A DNA stretch of 55,894 nt, filler included, from Basidioascus undulatus (taxonomy: Eukaryota): the NCBI GenBank assembly GCA_000826855.1. It is 3 parts of 3 records of this genome, joined end to end, with 100 filler letters (N's around TTAATTAATTAA, not from the genome) between each part and the next. Parts side by side here need not be neighbours in the genome. Positions count along the whole stretch, not along the records: positions 44,003 to 55,894 come from JTLS01000971.1; 2 more parts are not named here. The stretch is one strand, 5' to 3'. The translations under genes and the position numbers were made by a program. The notes under the pieces were generated by a model. The model ran no database searches, was not told where the DNA came from, and was given only the letters and a program-made list of their open reading frames with translations. How positions within the stretch are numbered: the stretch's first letter is position 1; every line of letters starts with the position of its first letter. This document shows positions 49,330 through 55,894 of this stretch, piece by piece.

Positions 49330-51983
49330 ATCGTGGCCCTGTGCCTCGCCCCTCGTAGCGACATCCTCTTCGCTCTCATGAGCTTTGGGCTTTCCGCCCC
49401 CAATGGGGCTACTACCGAGCGTTTCTCAGATAAAGCAGTACCTATATTAAACTGGCTCGTTCGATCCATGCCAACCCTTCCATTTAAAACCTGCTTGACA
49501 CCGTTAACTCACCCTGGCTTGTCACCCAGGAAGGCGACGAGACCAGAATTGGGGAGCGCGGTATAAAGCTCAGTGGCGGACAAAAGGTGCGAGGTTCGTC
49601 TCGTCCCTACTGCATGCCGGAAAATTCCTGGAGACGTTTCTGATTGCCATGCTCAATCAGTGTCGCTCGCCCATGCGGTATACTCCCGCGCTGCTACGCT
49701 GCTGCTGGTCGACATCATGTCTGCGCTCGACAGCAACACTGCACATCAGTATGTTCCATGTTGTCTTTCCTGACTATGAAGCGTGCTGACATCGCCTTCA
49801 AGTTTTTCTTTGACTAGTATCTACACGGGATGCCTTATGGCCCTCTTTTTCACGGCCGCACCGTCATCCTCGTATCACATCACGCTCGGCTCATTGCGCC
49901 ATGCGCAGCACACGTCGTAAGCTGTCAATCCTATAGCACGTAGCACCCGATTGACTAACCTGTTGAATGTCCAGATCGCTCTTGATAACGGTAGCTGTGC
50001 TTTCACCGGCTCGTCGTCTGACTTCATGTCGTCCGCTGCAGCTGAGGGAATTCTCGCCTCGCTTGCGAAGCCGCTCGAGAAGGACTCGGTCGAAGATGAC
50101 GGTCTTGCTGGCATCTCCCCAAGCATCGGCCAGAGCGCGACGACTCTAGCCGATACGGACGCTGGACCTGCCGAGGAAGGGAAGATAGACGGCTTATCTA
50201 TTGTCGCGATGCAGGAGAACGTGGCTCCCGAGGAGGAGGACGAGGAATACGGAAAGGCAAAGATTACTGACCCAGCGGGAGCGCTCCTTGCAGTCTCGCG
50301 CGCTGTGTGGGAGGACTCGTGTTTTGGGTCTTCACGACCCTCGTGCTCATGTGCGTGCTTTTATATCGCTTCGTGCACAGTCTTAGTGTTCTCAATATAA
50401 TGCATCAACAGCCTCGAGTCTTTCTCTCTTGTGCTCGAAAATGGCGTTCCTGTACTACATGTCTCTCTACGCTGCAGCGACAGTCGGCGCACAGGTCATA
50501 CTACTGCTCCGGTACTTCATCCTTTACGGGGGCCAAATGCAGGCAGGAAGGACGCTTTTTCCCGGTATGTGACGGCTACTTCAAACGGGCAAAGATCCAA
50601 ACCGCTGAAAGTCCTGCGGGCACGGACGTTGGACAGACACACCGAACCGGGTGCTCGGCGCGCCCATTCGGTGGCTGGACACCACGAGCAGGGGGAAATT
50701 TTACAGAGACTGAAAGACGATTTGGGAGAGGTGGATGACGGTCTTCCTGGTGTGTTCTCTGGCTCCAATCTTCCACATTGTGAGCCTGTGAGGCTAACCG
50801 CGAACTTTGAACAGCGCAACTTATTAACCTTGTTGTGACTGGTACGCCATTCTTTTGGTGTGCAGGTTCCCGGTACCTTGAGGCTGAGACTAGGCGCCCC
50901 GTCCTGCACCGCGATAAATATCTTTGGCAATGTAAGCCCAGATTATCATTATCTCCTCCTTCCTTCTTTCCGGAATGTCGCCTAACACCCACTGTCACGT
51001 TCAGATTGGTCGGGCGTACGGCGTCGCCATCCGCGAAATCCGACGGATTCAGTAGGTCGTACACGACACATCCGGGCGTCAGGTCACTGACAGGGGAGGA
51101 AACCATACAGACAAGTCCAGGGTAGTCCATTACTGTCAATCAACACCGAGACGATCTCTGGCATCCAGGTTTATCGGGCGTTCGGTTGTCTGAGCTTCTC
51201 GGATGAGCGAGATGCTAGGTACGCCTTGTGCAGTTGAAAGAGTAACATGCTAATCTGATTGCACACACCCGCATAAGCCGCTCTCCACCAGTCTAATATG
51301 GCACGCTACTGGGATCTGAATAATGAGCGACCTTCATAGTCTTCTGTACGGCTGCTGACTGGTCGTTTCACGAAGTTGCTTGGTGGTCGAGCAGTACGTA
51401 TTTGGCTGGACGTTCTGGTGATTAGACTTGTTGGACAGTCCCTAACTTTCAAAATCTGTCTCTCAGCGGTTGATCACCACCACCATTTCTGGCCTCGTGA
51501 CCGCTGCTGTACTGTACCGGGGCGTCCCAGTCGCTCTTGCCGCTTTCGCGCTCACGTTTGCCAACCAAGTCTCTGAACAAAGTGGGTGATCTTCTAACGT
51601 AAAGCTACGTTATACTGTGACTGAATGTGAAACTCCCTCCCCGGCCTCCTATGCTCTGTCAGTTGCTTCTTCCGTCAGGCAGGTAACCTCTTTCGAGCTT
51701 CATATGGCAAGCCACGCTTCTTCTCTCTTCGCTTCATTCCTTTTCGTTTCTTGTTCCTGATTTATGAAACCACCAGACCTTCAGGTCTCCCTCGAGCGAA
51801 TCCGGCAGTACTTCAAGATGGAGGCAAGACCTTGCAGCCATCGTCTTGCCTCGTTCGCCGGCGGCGTGGCCATGGGCGGGAGAGATCGAAGTCGACTCGC
51901 TTTCCGTCTCGTACGCAAGCGATCTGCCGAACGTCTTGCACGATGTGTGCTTCAAGGTTCCTCCCGCAGGATGCATAACATAG
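49330..51983 (+). pseudogene. ABCC (MRP/YBT1-like) ABC transporter remnant
   Basis: GDETRIGERGIKLSGGQK, VSLAHAVYS..LLLVDIMSALD, GRTVILVSHH, GEILQRLKDDLGEVDD, ETISGIQVYRAFG, VSLERIRQY, WPWAGEIEV..YASDLPNVLHDVCF. Multiple frameshifts and stops; NBD2 core absent. Confidence 0.88.
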
Positions 51984-52161
51984 CACAGCAATCAAGTGAG
52001 CGCGCGCGGAGTAACAAGATGGAGGAAGAAGAAACGAAACGAAAGATGGTGAAATGTTTGACACTCAAGGTGATCATAGAGATAAGACCGAAGAAGAAAG
52101 AATGACATGGTCCGCAACGTGGAACTAGCAGAAAAGCGAGAAATCAAAGACAACCACATGC

Positions 52162-54581
52162 TCAGGGCGACGAAGCGTTGTGCGCCCAAGGTACGAACGG
52201 TCTCGGCCCGGCGGGGCTGGCGGGGCGGGGCGGCGGGCCAGCGAAAGGCGCCGCCGGCGGGACGGGGGAGTCAAGCGGGACATCCTCGAGCTGTAGCGGG
52301 GCGGGAGCGGGAGCAGGAGCAGGCGGCGTGGGCAGCGGGCGGCGCGCCACGGGCTGCTCGTGCGCCGAGAACGGCGCCGGCGGCAGGGGAGAGGAGGGCG
52401 GGAAGTCGATGGCGAGCGGGGTGAAGGACGACTTGAGGGAGGGGAGGCGGGACCGGCGGAACGAGGGCTCGGGCTCGGGGACGAGCAGGCCGTCGTCGCC
52501 TGCGGACCACTCGTCGTTGTTGTCGGCGAAATCCTCGCACTCGTCAACGAAGACCGCGGCGGTGCGCTTCGGGTCGGCCTCGAGCATCGGCTCCTGCTCG
52601 AGCGAGGGTGCAGGGGACGGGGAACCGGAGCGGGACGAGGGCGCCTGAGCATATGGCTCAAGGAAGGGGTATGAGCGCACGCTCGCTGCGTCCGTGGCGG
52701 AGTCGGGGAGGACGACGGGGAAGAACGAGTCGGGCGTCTCGAGTGGGAAGAAGGGCGCGCTGCCCCGGTGGGCCGAGGCGCGGAGACGGTGCGGCGGGGG
52801 GATGAACGACACGCGCGAGGCCTTCTCGGTCATGTGAGAGGAAGAGGAGGAAGTGATTGAACCCTTCTCCGCGGCGTCGCCCGCGTCGGACCCGTGCACT
52901 TCAGCCCAGCCCGCGCGCGGACGTCCGGGGAGAAGGGCGGCCAGGCGCGAGAGGCGGGAAGGCGGGGGCACAGAGTCGTCGTTGTTGTTGCCGTACGAGC
53001 GGGAGGGGAAGGCCGTGAAGCGCTGTTGCTGAGAGTCGCGGGCGTGCCTGCACGCGCGGCGGTAGAGGAATGCGCCGCACGCGACGAGCGCACCGATGAC
53101 GACAACGGCGGTCACGCCACCTGCGATGCTCGCTGTGCGGTTGGAGGAAGAGGAGGACGCCGGGGACGCGGTGGACGTGACAGAGTACGCGACGCGGAGG
53201 GACGAGGGCGTAAAGTAGGCCGTGTGCGTCGAGCGGTCCACGCCGGTGGGCGCGACGGTCTGCCCTGCGGCTGAGGTCGACTCCGCCGCGGCAGAGGACG
53301 AGGAGCTCGTGACGGATGTGTAGGACGTCGACCAGGTCTGCGCGGACGTGTCGTAGTAGAGAATGGCAGCGGAGGGAGTGCCGGGGGACTCGAGGCCAAA
53401 GCCGACGATCATGGTCCTATGACAAGCAACGAAGGAGTAAGTACAGGAAGACAATCAGGAAGCAGAGAGTGTGTGATCGGACGCACTTGTCGTCAGGCGC
53501 AAGAACAGCAGTGTGCCACGAGCGCGCCGGCGTGTCCGCAACGGTGAGTGCCAACCACTCCCACGTGTGCGTGTCGAGCATGTACATCTCGGCCAGGGTT
53601 GCAGCGGATGCAGACGAGGATGCCTGGCCGCCGAAGACGAGAATGCGATTGTTTGAGGGCAGAAGGATGGCGGTGTGGCCGATGCGCGCACTGGGGGCAG
53701 TGCCGGTCGTTGCCTATGTGTGCATTCAAGCATCATTCAGTGAACTGGACGGCAGGCGAACAGGCGACGGTGTAATAGAAGGCAAGAGCACCTGAGTCGT
53801 CCACGCTAGCGCTGAGGTGTCGTAGATGCGGACCGTGCTCAAGTCGGACAGAGAGCCGTCGACATGAGAACCGCCGATGTAGGCGATGCTCTTGCCGTCG
53901 GGCAGCAGAAGTGCAGCATAGTTGGAAAGAGGCGGGTTGGAGGAGGTAGAGATGGAGGACGTGGTGACGGTTGCGGAGGACGTCTCGTACACGTCGAGAC
54001 CAACGTAGCCGACGGTGCCGGAGGTGGAGCACTGGTAAGGAAGCAAGGATGGCGGGTACGTTGAGCGCTTCGCAGTATATAGCGGATAGAAGAGGGTATG
54101 AACGCACAGAATACTCGTCCGCCACACCGCCAAAGTTGAAGATGCGGGCGCTCGTCGAGCCCCCCACCGCGACGGCGGAGGCCTGCCTCCTTCGAGGCGG
54201 AGAGCCGCTCGCCTCGCCCTCGGTCCACTTCTGGCCGTCAAAGATGCGAATGTCGCTGCCGCTGCAGTCGGCCGTGGCGCCGCCGATAAGCCAGACTTTG
54301 TCGTCACTTCCGAGCGCTGCAGAGGCCCAGGCGTGGGCAGGGAGGTCCGCAGACGAGGATAAGTCGTGCAGGTCGCCTGAGGGGAGGGAGAGCGACTGGA
54401 CGGAGGCGGTGATGGAGAGTGAGGAGGAGGAGGAAGAGGCGAGCTGGCCGCCGATGAAGAGGACTGAGTCTGAGGAGGGCAGGAGGACGGAGGTGTGCCC
54501 CCACCGTGCGAGTGGGGTCGCTGCGGAGACGAGGGAAGGGAGGAGGAAGGCGAGCGGGAGGTGGGGACGCCGGGTCCACAT
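52162..54581 (-). CDS. Kelch/galactose-oxidase-repeat type I membrane protein
   Basis: Signal peptide; kelch-like blades (RWGHTS..FIGG, WLIGG, FNFGG, YIGG, RIGHTA..VFGG); Ser/Thr stalk; TM IAGGVTAVVVIGALVACGAFLY; Pro-rich cytosolic tail. Confidence 0.85.
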
Positions 54582-55399
54582 GATGGAGGGCACGCGGGTT
54601 TGAGTGCCCTTCTAGAGCAGATGTTTGGGATGGAAGGATAGAATAAGTCGCTCTAGGCGATCAACAGACGCTCTGCGTCGATGAGGTCTGCGCGCTGCGT
54701 ATGCGTCTCCACGGGCTAGCCGGGAGGAGGATGAGGAAGGGAAGGTGAGGGAAGGGGCAAGGAGCAAGGGAGCCAGGCACCGAGGTCAACGAACCGGCCA
54801 TGCTAGAAGTTGAATGTAAGTTGAATCGCTTGCAGAGCCAAATCGGAGCTTGAGGTGGACAGTCAACCAACGATGTGCAGAGGTGCAGGCAAAGTCAGAC
54901 ACGACGTGGCGGGACGCGCCTTGTCTTGCTTTGCCAGAGTCCAACCATCGATACTTATTGTATTTCGCCCCAATAACACTTCTTCATTTGCATCTTGGAG
55001 CATCAAAACAATCCTCAAACTTCTCCCGAGACGCAGACAGACAGAGCAGACAGGACGACTGCATGAATCCTCCGCTGAGAGCGGGGTTTTCAAGTAGTCC
55101 GGGGGTAAACAAACGATGCGACTTTGCTGGGTGTTCATGAAACGACGGGAATATGTGCGAAACAGTATCCGATGATGAACGAATAAACAGCGGGTGAAGG
55201 GTCTGGTGAACGAACGAAGGAAGAGCGCGAGAAGGAGGACGTTCAGCGTTCACTGGCTCGTCGGCCGCGGATCGTTCTCGCGGAAGCGGAGGCGAGCAAG
55301 CAAAAGAACTGCGGGGGGTTCTCTGTTTCATTCCATTGCCATCCAGTCCAGTCAGCGTAAACCAATCAAAAGTCGAGCGAAGCCAGTGAGCGAGAACGC

Positions 55400-55810
55400 A
55401 CCCGGCCGACCCACTCGAGACCCTCGCGCTATAGAACGGCGGGCCCTTCTCGCGGAGGTCCTCCTCGGACACAAGCGCCGCGGACGCGCTCGACTTGCGC
55501 TTGAGCCCGTTGGGAATGGGCATGGCCGAGAGCTGGTGCCTCCAGACGCCCCAGGGCCGGCGTGACCCTGGCGGAGGCGGGGAGGGAGACGCGACGGCGC
55601 TTGAGGAGTCAGACGAGGAGCGCGAACACGAATGGGACGAAGGGAGGATATCAAAGTGCATCTCGCCCGGCGGGCTGCGGAAAGGGAGATGGACGCATTA
55701 GGCGGATGGGCTTGATTAGCGAGCGCGGTAGGGGAGCAGACGCACGGGTCGATGGTGATGAGCTGGGCGTAGTTGCGGGCGGAGAGCGTCCCCAGAACTG
55801 CGTGCGGTTC
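55400..55810 (-). CDS. Hypothetical protein, internal exons (gene probably enters from the right edge)
   Basis: Exon-like GC-rich segments (..NYAQLITIDP / PGEMHFDILP..LREKGPPFY) flanked by GT..CTAAT..AG intron signals; no domain recognised. Confidence 0.4.
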
Positions 55811-55894
55811 AACATCAGTTCGCAGCCGCGAGCAACGACGGGACGGGAAATTTCAGCCCACCGAGGATGAGGTCCTCCCGCTTCAAGCCATAGT

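Noticed and set aside
39325..51983. Secondary-metabolite cluster (tyrosinase + CoA ligase-like + bZIP + ABC transporter)
   Set aside because: No backbone enzyme, the transporter is a pseudogene, and the tyrosinase lies on a different contig across an artificial spacer.
1..55894. CRISPR array, prokaryotic operon or intact mobile element
   Set aside because: No regularly spaced repeats, LTR/TIR pairs, RT, integrase or transposase ORFs were seen; the recognisable genes are eukaryotic and mostly spliced.

Overview
This is intron-rich eukaryotic DNA from a basidiomycete-like fungus (short GT-AG introns with CTRAC branch points, GC-rich exons; the lineage is inferred). It is three contigs joined by two artificial 100-nt spacers (44N-TTAATTAATTAA-44N at 31886-31985 and 43903-44002). 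Apparently intact genes encode: glycine cleavage T protein, a PTS1-bearing cytochrome c peroxidase-like heme peroxidase, tRNA-Ala(AGC), a single full-length Mad3/Bub1 (MadBub) checkpoint kinase, a Cys-rich type I membrane protein, a secreted tyrosinase-like protein, a MetR/Cys3-like bZIP factor and a kelch-repeat membrane protein. A Yip1-family protein, a class I cAMP phosphodiesterase and a CSC1/OSCA channel are cut by the gaps. A divergent succinyl-CoA ligase alpha-like gene and an RBR ligase gene are of uncertain integrity. Interleaved with these are many damaged accessory genes: a PDR ABC transporter with two frameshifts, four F-box-like genes, a BTB gene, a GT15 mannosyltransferase and an ABCC transporter remnant. 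Several carry short tandem duplications. I found no convincing novel multi-gene system, CRISPR array or intact transposon. The strongest signal is selective decay of accessory genes beside intact housekeeping genes. Exon boundaries and gene ends were read by eye and are approximate.
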